Source: the human T2T-CHM13v2.0 reference genome, Homo sapiens
Direction: 5' to 3' (one strand)
DNA length: 64,000 bases
Assembly: GCF_009914755.1 (NCBI RefSeq)
Contig: NC_060938.1
Shown here: piece by piece, positions 31,471 through 43,987 of the stretch
Layout of the letters: each line of letters begins with the position of its first letter
Position numbering within the stretch: position 1 is the stretch's first letter
Translations under genes and position numbers: made by a program
The notes under the pieces: model-generated
What the model saw: only the letters and a program-made list of their open reading frames with translations
The model's database searches: none
What the model was told of the DNA's origin: nothing

Positions 31471-31809
31471 TACTATTCTAGGCTCTATGTATGAATATAC
31501 ATGTGTAGTCCCTTCCCTGTGGAATCCTCAAGGTCCAAGTATTAGTCGTTGTTTTATTTCTTTAGCCCTTCCTCCCAATGTAGAACCTGCCTATGAGATT
31601 AAAGTAATGAGTCAGTTCTTAAACAATTTTACATCTAAGCAACTTATACATCTTAGGACCCCTCCAAGTAGCAAATCTTGGCTCATAACACACTTATTAC
31701 ACTGGTAGTGCCACTGTTTAAAACTTTTTAAAATTGTTTGAGAATTGCCTTGTGCCTGGCACATAATCTTTTGTTTTAGGAAAGTATGTGTTTAAAATCT
31801 AAATATTAC

Positions 31810-31916
31810 AAGATGAAAAATCTCCTTCTCAAATTTTTTCCTTGGTTTCCTAGTTTCCATCCCTAGAATTCATGTGCTTCTTAATTCCTTTAAATCCTTC
31901 TAGAGATAGTATAGGG

Positions 31917-31947
<31 letters not shown>

Positions 31948-32300
31948 TGTGTAAATTATGTATTTATATCCTTTTTTAGCAAAAGCAGTAATACATTCTT
32001 ATGTACCTAGTTATTTCACTTAATATATACCTCTGGCTCATTCTTACTAATGACAGAATAGTGTTCTAATTAACTGATGCTCCGTAATTACCTAACCTGT
32101 CTCCTATTGTTGGATATTTATGTTTTCTCTAATCTTTTCCTGTTGTAGTAAATATTCTGTGCAAGATTTCTTCTGTACTTTTATGAATGTAGCTGTGGGA
32201 TAAATTCCAAGAAGTATATCCACTTGGTAAAAGAGTACATTCATTTATTATTAATAAATATTTCTAAATTACCCTAAAAAGAAATAGTGTAAAGTACCCT
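31810..32300 (-). mobile_element. Ancient L1ME-type fragment
   Basis: CTCCTATTGTTGGATATTTATGTT..GGATAAATTCCAAGAAGT motifs of L1M 3' regions. Confidence 0.6.
31917..31952. repeat. (GT)n microsatellite, one interruption
   Basis: Direct inspection. Confidence 0.95.
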
Positions 32301-32303
32301 CTT

Positions 32304-32616
32304 TTCTTTTTCCTTTTTTTCTTTTTTTTAATTGAAACAGGGTCTTCCTCCCTTGCCCAGGCTGTGATGCAGTGGTTGCTGTCATGGCTCACTGCAACCT
32401 CGACCTCCCCAGCTCAATGGATCCGTCTGCCTCAGACTCCCAAGTAGCTGAGACTATAGACATGTGCCACCACACTCAGCTAATTTTTGTACCTTTTTGT
32501 AGAGATGGGGTTTCGCCATGTTGCCCAGGCTGGTCTCGAACTCCTGGGCTCAAACAATCCACCGGCCTCTGCCTCCCACAGTGCTGAGACTACAGGCATG
32601 AGTCATTGTGCCTGGC
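32304..32616 (-). mobile_element. Alu (AluJ-like)
   Basis: Reverse dimeric Alu; degenerate TSD AAAGTACCCTCTT / AAATTACACTCTT. Confidence 0.93.
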
Positions 32617-32895
32617 AAAATTACACTCTTATGCAAATTTTTACCTTTTGAGAATAGGTTTAACTTCTGAAAACTGCCCCAAGTTACTCAAAACCAAGTC
32701 TGATGAATAAAAGCATGATTTTCTTAGGTAACAACATTCTCAGTACAGGATGAGCTGTGACTGAAAGTAATTAGATGAGTTTTTTGTTAGTTTGATTTGT
32801 AAAATGAGTGTGAGATAAGCTCCAAAAGGTCCAAACATATTTTGAGCAACAGTAGTATCACTCAAGTAAGTGTGCTGCCTCCCAAATGGATACTT

Positions 32896-33186
32896 TTTTT
32901 TTTTTTTGAGACAGAGTCTCTCTCTGTCGCCAGGCTGGAATGCAGTGGCGCGATCCCAGCTCACTGCAACCTCTGACTCCCCGGTTCAAGTGATTCTCCT
33001 GCCTCAGTCTCCCAAGTAGCTAGGATTACAGGCATACACCACCACGTCCAGCTAATTTTTGTATTTTTAGTAGAGCTGGGGTTTCACCATGTTGGCCAGG
33101 ATGGTCTCGATCTCCTGACCTCGTGATCCGCCCGCCTTGGCCTCCCAAAGTGCTAGGATTACAGGCGTGAGCCACAGCGCCCGGCC
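32896..33186 (-). mobile_element. Alu (AluSc-like)
   Basis: GGCCAGGATGGTCTCGATCTCCTGACCTCGTG and CTGTCGCCAGGCTGG; TSD CCAAAT(G/C)GAT. Confidence 0.94.
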
Positions 33187-33709
33187 CCAAATCGATCCTC
33201 TTAAAGGAGATGATACTCAGTCAGACAGAAGAACTGGTCTACATAATAAATAATTCTAATTGCATCATAGTCACACTACCTGTAAGATGTAAAAAATCAA
33301 ATTATGAGACTTGTTGGTATCTGATTTATGCAAATCAACATCATTACCCTATAGCCAGTTTTTTATCTTTTATCCTTGTGAATCCTTGCAATTTCCTTGG
33401 ATTGAAGATAGCAGTGTATTTCTTCTCTGCTGGAACATAAGAATTCCAGGGAATCTCAGTGCCTTGCACATAATTGTACTTACAGTGTCACAGAACACAG
33501 CATGCCACCTGGGAAGTCCTGAAAGTAATCAGTTTGCTTTTCTATTGACCTAAGAAAACCCTTAGTTTCCACGATGTGTTTCCACAGGTCTTTGGTAGAA
33601 AGATGAGGCATAATCTGAAATTCATGAATATTCTAATATCATTATAATTAATTAAAATTGCACCAAACAGAGGGTGAATGGTAAGTAAAACTTAAGCAGA
33701 TGTACAACT

Positions 33710-33918
33710 AATAATGTTCTAGCAATGCTTAAGAACCAGCTCTCAGGGTGGGGGGAGAAATTCACTCTTTGTTACATTTGCCAATTTTCATACTATAAAT
33801 GCTCCTACCATGGCTGATTTCAAAACTGTCTACATGACATCAACTAGCTCACAAAATTCCTGAAATTTTAACAATAGGCTCACATGAGTTTGTATGAGCA
33901 GACTCTAGTACATCACTG
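33710..33918. mobile_element. MER63-like hAT element
   Basis: GCTCACAAAATTCCTGAAATTTTAACAATAGGCTC..TAGTACATCACTG terminus. Confidence 0.6.
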
Positions 33919-34729
33919 CACAACAACCATAGTACCTTCTGAAGATGTTATGGCATGAAGTTTTTACCTGAAGGAAAAAACTCAAACTCTTCTGGGCTTC
34001 AATATATTACACCTCTGACTTTTGTACTACTGTGGATTATCGTGTTCTTATTTCATATATTTTTGAACTCAAACTTTGCTTTAAGCTTCATTATCTTCAA
34101 TGTACTGTGCATCAAAGCATGTAACTTCAATTTTCATAAAATTATATTTTTTACCTAGGTTGATATGTGAGTCTATTAATGTTTGCTCATTCGACACTTC
34201 CTTTCTAACTTTTTCTCTATTTCATAAATACGAAATGGAAAGAGATCAGGAAGCATGTATAAGATCATTTTTCTATATTTACTTAATGAAAAAGTTATAA
34301 GTAATGTGAACAAAGGAGTCAAAAGGGAATTCAATACATAGCAATTCAGGACATCTTGATAAATAGGACGTTTTGCAGAGAATCTGCATAAATCTCTGTT
34401 GAAAAAACACATTGCTCTTAAAAAGATAATTTTTAAACCATAAAAGTGTTTAAAGATGATTTAACATGCTCATCAGCTCAGTCTGTACATGTGTAAATGT
34501 GTATATGCAAGGTGTGAGTATCAAGAAATAAGACTCTGTGGACTTTCTGATAATAGCCTTCAAAGTACTCAAATCAAAAGGATGCACATGTTCAGTTATG
34601 CTTCCATTGCCTGAAATATTTCTGGGACTGCCTTCACACCACTGTATAAATCACACAGGAAAATTTAATTCATGCATTCCTTTATAATCACACTTTATTT
34701 CAATGGAAAATTAGAACTATTTAACATGA

Positions 34730-35000
34730 TGATCTCCTTTATTCATCAGGCTTAACTCCAAGTGACTTTTAGATATTTCCAAAGATCAAATCTGCCCTCA
34801 AAGGTTAAAGATTTATCAACATTCAAACAGATTCCCAAAAAGAAGTGTCAAAAATGTTTTGGAAAATAAAAATAAAAAAATATAAATACAAATAAACTAA
34901 ATTTTAAAAATGTTTTGAGCAATAGCTGCTTCACTAAAGTAAGTGTGGGGCCTTCCAAGATGATGATTTAGAAGGACACAACCACTATTTGGATGTATAT
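34730..35000 (+). mobile_element. Mariner (MARNA-like) transposase relic
   Basis: Frame from 34740 reads YSSGLTPSDF*IFPKIKSALKG*RF, resembling the mariner YSPDLAPSDF..LKG.RF motif. Confidence 0.75.
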
Positions 35001-35031
35001 ACTCTGGTACATTTGTTTTGAAATTTCATTA

Positions 35032-35640
<609 letters not shown>

Positions 35641-36904
35641 TGGTATTTTTTTCTCTTTATTATCAGTCATGTCTCACAAAGCTCTGCATGTCCTTTTTTT
35701 CATATGACATTCTTTCTTCTTCCATCTCACCTATTAGAAATCTAGAGGTGCTACTATGCTTTTACTTGATTGAGAAGGTTAAACTGGGCATGCTTGAGTT
35801 TCCACCTCAGGTTGGAAAGTAGAGATACTGCAGTAATAATAATTACACACATATAATACAGAAGTGGAGAAAAGTAACACCTAGACAGCAAAACCATATT
35901 CCATGACTCAGAGGAATAATGAAATGTAATCAACTCTCATTTTAGTTGAAGATATAGTAGTGGCATTCATTGAACAGAAGTTTCACATAGAAAAAAATTA
36001 GCAGTCTCCATATTCTTAACCTCTGCATGTTTACATAGTACCATGAATGCCAATCTCTTGTCCCTGCTCATGTAACATTATGAGCCCTGTTGGTCACTCC
36101 ATGGCCCCATACCTTGTCTCAAACAATGAAGAAAGCTCTACAAAAGTCAACACATAGGGAAGAGGAGGAATATATCCTGGCCAGGAACACCCCAGGAACA
36201 AGCTCTTAGTCTGGTGCACCAAGAGGAAGGGTTGCGTCTGCAGGGAACTGTGTTACTCTCCAAGACACCCCAGAGAGAGGGCTGGAGAAAAACAACTCAA
36301 AGAAGCAAGGAGAGACTGTCAGCTTTCCTTGCCTTACTTCAAAGCTGGATTTGCCCTCCTTCTTTAATATAGCCTCATTAAGTGTCCCTTAATATTTGCC
36401 CAAAGTGCTAGGCACAGCCCAGTCATATTAGGAACATTCCTTTTCCACTAGGAAATATTTCTAGATATTAACTTCTGGGAAATGATAAAGCACATACATT
36501 GCAAATATAAAGGGTTATATAAATACTTAACAATAGAAGCTTTTCTAGTACTCTGCCCACAAAAAGCCATTACTGTGTCTTTATGACAGAAGGTTTAATG
36601 TCGCTGAATCTTGCTCAAGTGTAATATTCACTTGAACGCTGAGGTCCAATTTTATAGTCATAATTTTTTATTCCAAATCACAGTCACAACCCAATCCAAT
36701 TCAAGTATTCTGATACCACATCTTCCATGAAATAGCTCTTCTTCAGCCTTACCTACTTTCCAGCTCAGTGCTTCCCTACATCCCCAGAAGCTGGCCTGGT
36801 GCTCAATTCATAGAACATACTTAATAAATTATGAGTGGATGGATGAACACTTCAAAGTGACAATTTGTGTCTCCTTATGAGAGGTGCACTAAACAAGAGA
36901 AATC

Positions 36905-37030
36905 ATAGTGATAACTACCATATGTGGCAGGTGCTTTAAGTATATTATCTCTAATCCTCACCACCACCTCACAAGGCAGGTAAAATTGCTATCCACTTTA
37001 CATACAAGAAACTGAGACTTACAGCCAATG
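36905..37030 (-). mobile_element. MIR fragment
   Basis: TATTATCTCTAATCCTCACCACCACC..TTTACATACAAGAAACTGAGACT. Confidence 0.7.
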
Positions 37031-40000
37031 AGTCACTATCTTGGCCAGTGCCTGCCCAGACAGAACAAATAAATTCAGGGATGAACACAGCTCGAATTCT
37101 CAAACTGAGATCTCTGGTCTATTAGGAAGAAAAGATGAGAAAACAACTCATCAAGAAAAGTAACCTCCAACTACTTGCCTCTATCTCTCATGGCCATGTC
37201 TCTTTTCTCCTCTTATCCTCATTTCTTTCTACATATATCTTTTTTTATTTGATCATTTCTTAATGACCTTTACAAAGTGCTTAGTACTGGGCTCGGTTAT
37301 TACTCAAATCTCCAAATTTCCCTAGACATTTCTTTTCCTTGGAGGTTTCTTGTTTGTTTCCTTCTCCATTTACTCATGATGAGTCAGAGCTTTAAAGAAG
37401 AAACATCACCCTAATCCTTTGATGATTTGCCCCATGTTTCAGATGTACTTCTCCTAGCTCTTCTTATTGACCAAAGTTGTAAATGTTGCAGAGACACTGT
37501 CTGGTTGAGCCCTGAATTGTGTATTCTAAATAGAAAAGAAGATGGTCCAGCACAGCCAACGAAGCTGGGAAGAACGTCTTCAGCATGCACCTCTCAGCTC
37601 CCAGAAGCCCCAACAGCATCACATGAGCCTATCATGTGATGATATCACGTGCGGTGAATACCACACTTCTACCCATAAGTAAGACAATTTTCAACCTATT
37701 GCTTTCATTTTCAGTGGTTTTCAAACATTTTAAGAAATGTTCACAGTAGGCATTTTATACGAAATACCACGTTTAGAGGTATACAGAAGGAGACCGAGTT
37801 AAACTGGCAAAGAGCCAACACAACAACAGAGCAAGAGTCTTCTAAAGATGAGGAGGGAAGCCAGAAACTCTCTCGGCCTGGAAGTTAACTTCGTCAGGAA
37901 GTCAAAGTCTTGAAAAAGAAAAAGCTGTAGAGCTTTGATTAAAATTCCCATTGCTAGTTATATTTATATGCCCATTCAGGTGCCCATAAAGGAAGGGCAT
38001 TTTATTAAGAACACTGTAGATCACTTTGAATACATTTCCCTGTACTTTTCCTTACTCCTTCCTCCATCTTTCTATAATGATATAAATTAAAGGGCAGAGG
38101 CATCGGGTGATAATGATGGATTTTCTCAGCTATTTGGCTTGTGCCACAACAAACCTTAATATTATTTTAGTGATGTGAGTTATTTGACCTAGAAGGATCA
38201 GCCTGTTCAATACATGCAGTAGTACCGCTGAGGAATTAGTTTGCTTAGCCTGGGGCAATCAATAGATTGACAAACTAGCCTTTTTTAAGTCCAAGGCCTG
38301 TTTTATAGGAATATTAAGCTTGTGGTGTTCCTACAACAAAGGAGCCTGAAGCCTGCACAAAAGGTTTCACAGTTGAAAGCATTCACAGGGCACATTTATA
38401 TCTTTAAAGAGGTTCTCATACACACAGAACTAGCCAAAGGTGCAGGGTCTTGGGGGCTAATAGACACAGCCATTCATCTGAAACAACTCTGGATAATTTT
38501 AAAATACACAAACAAAGCCTTGAACATCTGAGGGAAAAATAGGTATTTTCTGTGAATAATCCTGTGGCTGTTGCAACTTCAGACAATGCTCCCATAGCTA
38601 TTTTGAAAACATTATGTGAGAAGCAAAATAAGCAGTGAGTAAAAGATGAAAAGCTGTGATAATGGGAAGAAGTGATATTCATGCCATTTCTCCAGATCTC
38701 ACAGGGAGCTCTCATGACCCAACCATATCCCCCTGTGTCCAAAGGTGGAAAAGTATTTTAAAGTTCACAGGAAGCTTGCCCTGAGACAGCACAGAAACTC
38801 CTGACAAGTCATGCTATTATGCTAGTCTGTCTGGCAGCAGATGGATTGGAAGGGAAGTGTCAGAGGAAGAAACACCTGGGATGCAGATTTTCAGAGGCTT
38901 CTGCCTTCTCAGAGAGATGCTGCCATTAGCCTCATGGTCACTGAGAACTGTTTACATGCATTTCCCCCACAGAAGTCTAATAGAGAACGTCAGTTTTTCA
39001 GGCATTAGAGGCTACAGGGGGCTTTGCTTTGGAAAAAAATGGACTGCTTTCTCCAAGAAAAAAAATATTCCTCCAGTGGACTCCTTCACTATTATATGGA
39101 CTTGCCCATCATGGAGATATTTATTGCTTTTCCCCTCTCCCAGGTTTTTTAAATATACCCTATTGAAAAGACAAAACCCCATGCAGTGAATTTTGATTAG
39201 AAGCTCATATCATCACTCTCCTAATACCAAGCTGGTGTTCAAAGGGTACTGTTATAGAGGTCTGTAATTCCTAGCCAGAGATCTGTAATATTTCAAACAA
39301 AGGATATGATAAATTACAAAATAGGCAAGAAATTTATTCGATTAAAAAAGACAGTGTGAACTATTTCCCTCTAGTACATATTAATAGCCCCTGACTGATC
39401 CCTCTGGTATCCACACACGGTGAAATCGAGCTTTTCCCAGAAATCCACTGCAATGCCAATGCCAGAGAAGGGCACCGGAGGAGGAAAATCAGCACCAGGG
39501 AGGGGTGCACACAGTGGTAACGAGGAACGCTGATTACACTCCAAATCAATGCAAGATGCTGACAGGGCTCTGCGGTAAGAAAAGCTGGCAACCAAATTGC
39601 GTCTCCTGAGCCCTGCCCATCAGTAGGTGTTACTATTCACATATGCAAATCAACAAGCACTGAGCAGAGATTAAAAGTGAGAGGGAGGCAGAAGATGGCA
39701 GAAAGAAAAAGACTTCGGCTCAGGCTTCAGATCAGAGTGGCAGGCATTATCATAAACATAAAAACTCTAAAATTCTCTCTCCATTCCAGTTCACAGGTGC
39801 TTTGCTTTAAAAAAAAAAGAAAAGAAAGAAAGAAAAAAGTAAACCACAGATTTATTTTCTAAAAAACCTCCTAAATTTTCTTTTATCATTGAACAGCTGT
39901 TCTTTCAAGTTCTGGTTAAGCCCCCTAAATCTTTCTTGATTAGTCTAACTATGCAGTGGGGGCATCTACTTAAAATCTAATGCCAACTTTGAATTTAGGT

Positions 40001-41590
40001 CAGCAGTGCCCACACAAGAATTATTCATTCTATTCTATGGATCTTATCCCAGAAGTGTTGGGGAACATGTCTGAGGGTAAAAAAAAAATCTAAGGGTGTG
40101 TGTGATATGTGGAATAATTACTCAGATGCCCTGGTGATATGTAGGAAAGACAATCCCATAAGTAGACTCCTATTGGCATGATCCCATGATGAAGTTTGTG
40201 CTTTCTCTTCCTGGATGCTTTCCCTGAGATGTTAAAATTCTGACTTTTCATTATGATTATGCACATACAGCATCACTGTGGACTGACTTTTCAGCTAATG
40301 GGGACAACATGACACTCCACACCAATTTCAAAAGGGGAATCCTCTACCCAGGGGAAGTCAATGATAGTCCAGGAACAGGGCACGGGCATAAACACTCCAG
40401 AAATCAGTGGAAACACCAGTATGAAAACATGTAATCACCAGCCTGCATTAACTGAAGGGCTGTTACAATCCCCAGCCCTGTAGCTCAAATAGAAATGTGT
40501 CAAACAGCCAGAAGATTTGCACTACCCTGACACAGCCAAGCATGATTTTCCTTGGAATGAAAATAGGCCCCAGTGAGATCCAGGTTAGATGCAGAGTCAG
40601 CTTCTCTCCCTTTCCTTTGGAGAAATGCATCTCTTAATTCAAATTGTGTCAATTAGAGCTATTTTATTAAAAAATCTTTGCCAGATATGAAGCGTTCAGA
40701 ATGGTAATAGCCCTGTACATTTACATGATGTCTTTCCACACTGATTCATTTCATTTCTTCCTACCATCTAAAAATTCTCCCATTGCCATGACTGATTCAC
40801 TACTATAAAAAACTCTCTATAATAATTGCAATCTTCTGCTTGGTTTTGAAATGTGCTAATTATTTTTGCAAAAGATATTAGAGAGTCCTAAGTGCTCTCA
40901 GATCTCTCTTTAGAGCTGAGAAAATAAGAGTCCTAAATAGCTTACATAAAGCCCTCAGGTTCCCAAAGTTCAGAGTTAGTCTTTGATCAAAATCAGATTT
41001 GGCATTTTGGAAAAAATAAATAAACTTTTCAAATTGAAAGAAGAGCCACTTCACAGAGGAAGCAAAATAGGTTTTACTGGGTTGGGCCAACATGGCAGAC
41101 TAGAAGTAGCTCATGTGCACTGCTCTCACAGAGAGGAAACAACCGACCCTGCAGGCCGGTCATCTGAGAAACCTCATCGGGATCCATCAAGGCAGCAGAG
41201 GGGATACAGAGAGGAGTGAGGAGCAAAGCTGGGCACCAGCCTGTCTGGGCCCAGTGCAGAGCCAGGAGAACCTCTCCAACATGGGAAAAGGTGAGTGAGG
41301 GAAAGCCCCCTGGGGGAGTCACCCTCTCCACAGAAACCACTGTAAGGCTAGGAATGAGAGAATCTCCCTGGTCGTCCCCCCCCCACCCATCCCCCACCAT
41401 GCTTCTAGACTGAGGCAAAAGGCCACCTGGACATTTTTGGGGGGCAACTCCGGAGTCCAAGGGGACTTCTACCAGCCTTGGGCCCCAGAGCGACCAGCAC
41501 TGGTGCCATAGCCCCAGTAGAGGCTGCAGTTATGGTGTCTCAAAGCGGTAAGATTGCTCCACCTCCCCTCACCAGACGGGGCTTGGCATC

Positions 41591-42160
41591 AGCTTCCAGC
41601 CTCGCAGTTCCAATTCTGTATGAACTCAACCAGTAGGCACAGACTCCTGTTGTCCCAGGAAGTACCTGGACAGCAGGGTGGGTGACCCTACCCACCCCCA
41701 CCACTGGTAGCCAGGTGGGCATCACTTGCTAGAACTTCCAGCACAGCAGTCCCACTTCTGTGTGAACTCAGCCAGAGGGCACAGCCTCCTGTTGTCCTGG
41801 GAGGCAAAATAGGTGACACCCATCCCTGCCATTGGTAGCCAGGCTTGCAATGCCTGCTAGAGCTTCTGACCGAGCAGTCCCACTTCTATGTGAACTCAGC
41901 CAGCAGCTGCAGCCTCCTATTGCCCCAGGAAGCACCCACAGAACAAAGTAGATGACCCACTCAACCCCACCACTGGTGACCAGGCAGACAATGCCTGTTA
42001 GAGCTTCCAGCCCAGGGGTCTCACTTCTGTCTGAACTTAGCCAGCAAGTGCAGCCTCCTGTTGTCCCAAGAAACACCTGTACAGTCAAGTGGGCAACTCC
42101 ACCCACCCCTGCTTCTCACAGCCAGATGAGCCATACCTGCTAGAGCTTCCCTCCCAGCAG
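41591..42160 (+). repeat. Four diverged ~140-bp tandem monomers in the L1 5' UTR
   Basis: Units start ~41591, 41733, 41861 and 42002 (AGCTTCC..TGAACTCAGCCAG..GCCTCCTGTTG..GCCTGCTAG); partial fifth unit at ~42144. Confidence 0.85.
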
Positions 42161-43695
42161 TAGAACACCTTGTCCCTTCCTGAGACAACATGTGCCTGAA
42201 CTCTGGGGGCAGATGCAACCCTGTGTTTCCCTGAAAAGCACATTAACAGCGGATTAGGGCCAACCCAGCAGAGATATGGCCTGTCTGCCAACTGCAGCCA
42301 CTGCCTAAGGGAGACTCATCAACCAGAACACCCAACAAAAGAAACACAGACACAGACAGAGTAACCAGAGGAGGCTCCTCAAAGACCCAGGAGTGGATTC
42401 AAATGCAAGCCAGTTGACTGAACCCACCTTATATTATAATCAAACTTCCAAGAACATCAAACAAGATAAAAGCAAAATAAACCCAACCAAAGGTGAGCAA
42501 CTTCAAAGATTGAAGGAATATTAGCTAACACAGGTGAGAAAGAACCAGCATAAGATCTCTGGCAACTGAAAAAGCTAGTGTCTTATTATCTCCAAATGAG
42601 TACACTAGTTCCCCAACAGTGGATCTTAACCAGGCCGAAATGGCTGAAATGACAGAAATAAAATTCAGAATATGGATAGGAATAAAGATCATCGAGATTC
42701 AGGAGAAGTTGAAACCCAAGCCAATGAATCTAAAGAATAAAATGAAACAATACAGGAGATAAAAGACAAAATAGCCATTTTGAGAAAGAACCAAACTGAA
42801 CTGAAAGAGCTAAAAAGTTCACTTCAAAAATCTCAGAATATAAATTTCAGAATATAATCACAAATATTAACAGCAGCATCAACCAAGCTGGAGGAAAAAT
42901 CTCAGAGCTAGAAGACTGGTTCTCTGAAATAACTCAGACAAAAATAAAGATAAAAGCAATAAAGAATGAACAAAACCTTCAAGAACTATGGGGTTGTGTA
43001 AAGAGACCAAATCTATGACTCACTGGTGTCCCTGAAAGAAAAAAAAAGCAAGCAAGCAACTTGGGAAACATATTTGATATCCTCCATGAAAATTTCCCCA
43101 ACCTCACTAGAGGCCAACATTCAAAATCAGAAAATGCAAAGAACCCCTCCAAGATACTATACAAGATGATCATCACTAAGAAACATAGTCATCAGATTCC
43201 ATAAGGTCAAAATGAAAGAAAAAATGTTGAAGGCAGCTAGCGAGAAGGGGCATGTCACCTACAAAGGGAACCTGGTCAGGCTAACAGTGAACCTTTCCAC
43301 AGAAACTCTACCACCCAGAAAAGATTGGAGGCCTATATTCAGCATTCCTAAAGAAAAGAAACACCAACCAAGAATTTTATATCAAGCCAAACAGCTTTAT
43401 AATCAAACCAGAAATAAGTTCCCTTTCAGACAAGCAAATGTTAAGCAAATTTGTTACCAGCAGACCTGCCTTACAAGAGGTCCTTAAGGGAGTGCTAAAT
43501 ATGGAAAGAAAAGACTGTTAATGGCTACCACAAAAACACATGTAAGTACATAGACAATTAACACTACAAAGCAACCACACAATCAAGTCTGCATAATAAC
43601 CAGATAGCAACACAATGACAGGATCAAACCTACACATATGAATATTAACCTTGAATGTAAACAGGCTAAATGTGCCAATTAAAATGCACAGAGAG

Positions 43696-43987
43696 GGCCA
43701 GGTGCAGTGGCTTATGTCTGTAATACCAGCACTTTGGGAGGCCAAGGGGGACAGATTGCGAGTTCAGGAGTTTGAGACCAGCCTGGCCAACATGGTGAAA
43801 CTCCATCTCTACTAAAAATACAAAAATTAGCCAGGCCTGGTGGTGGGCACCCGTAATCCCAGCTACTCGGGAGGCTGAGGCAGAAGAATCTTTTGAACCC
43901 AGGGGCAAAGGTTGCCGTGAGCCAAGATCATGCCATTTCACTCCAGCCTGGGCAACAGAACGAGACTCTATCTCAAAGGAAAAAAAA
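43696..43987 (+). mobile_element. Alu (AluS-like)
   Basis: TSD AAAA(T/G)GCACAGAG. Confidence 0.95.

Noticed and set aside
41591-42160. CRISPR-like array
   Set aside because: Eukaryotic DNA; diverged head-to-tail monomers without unique spacers, inside an L1 5' UTR
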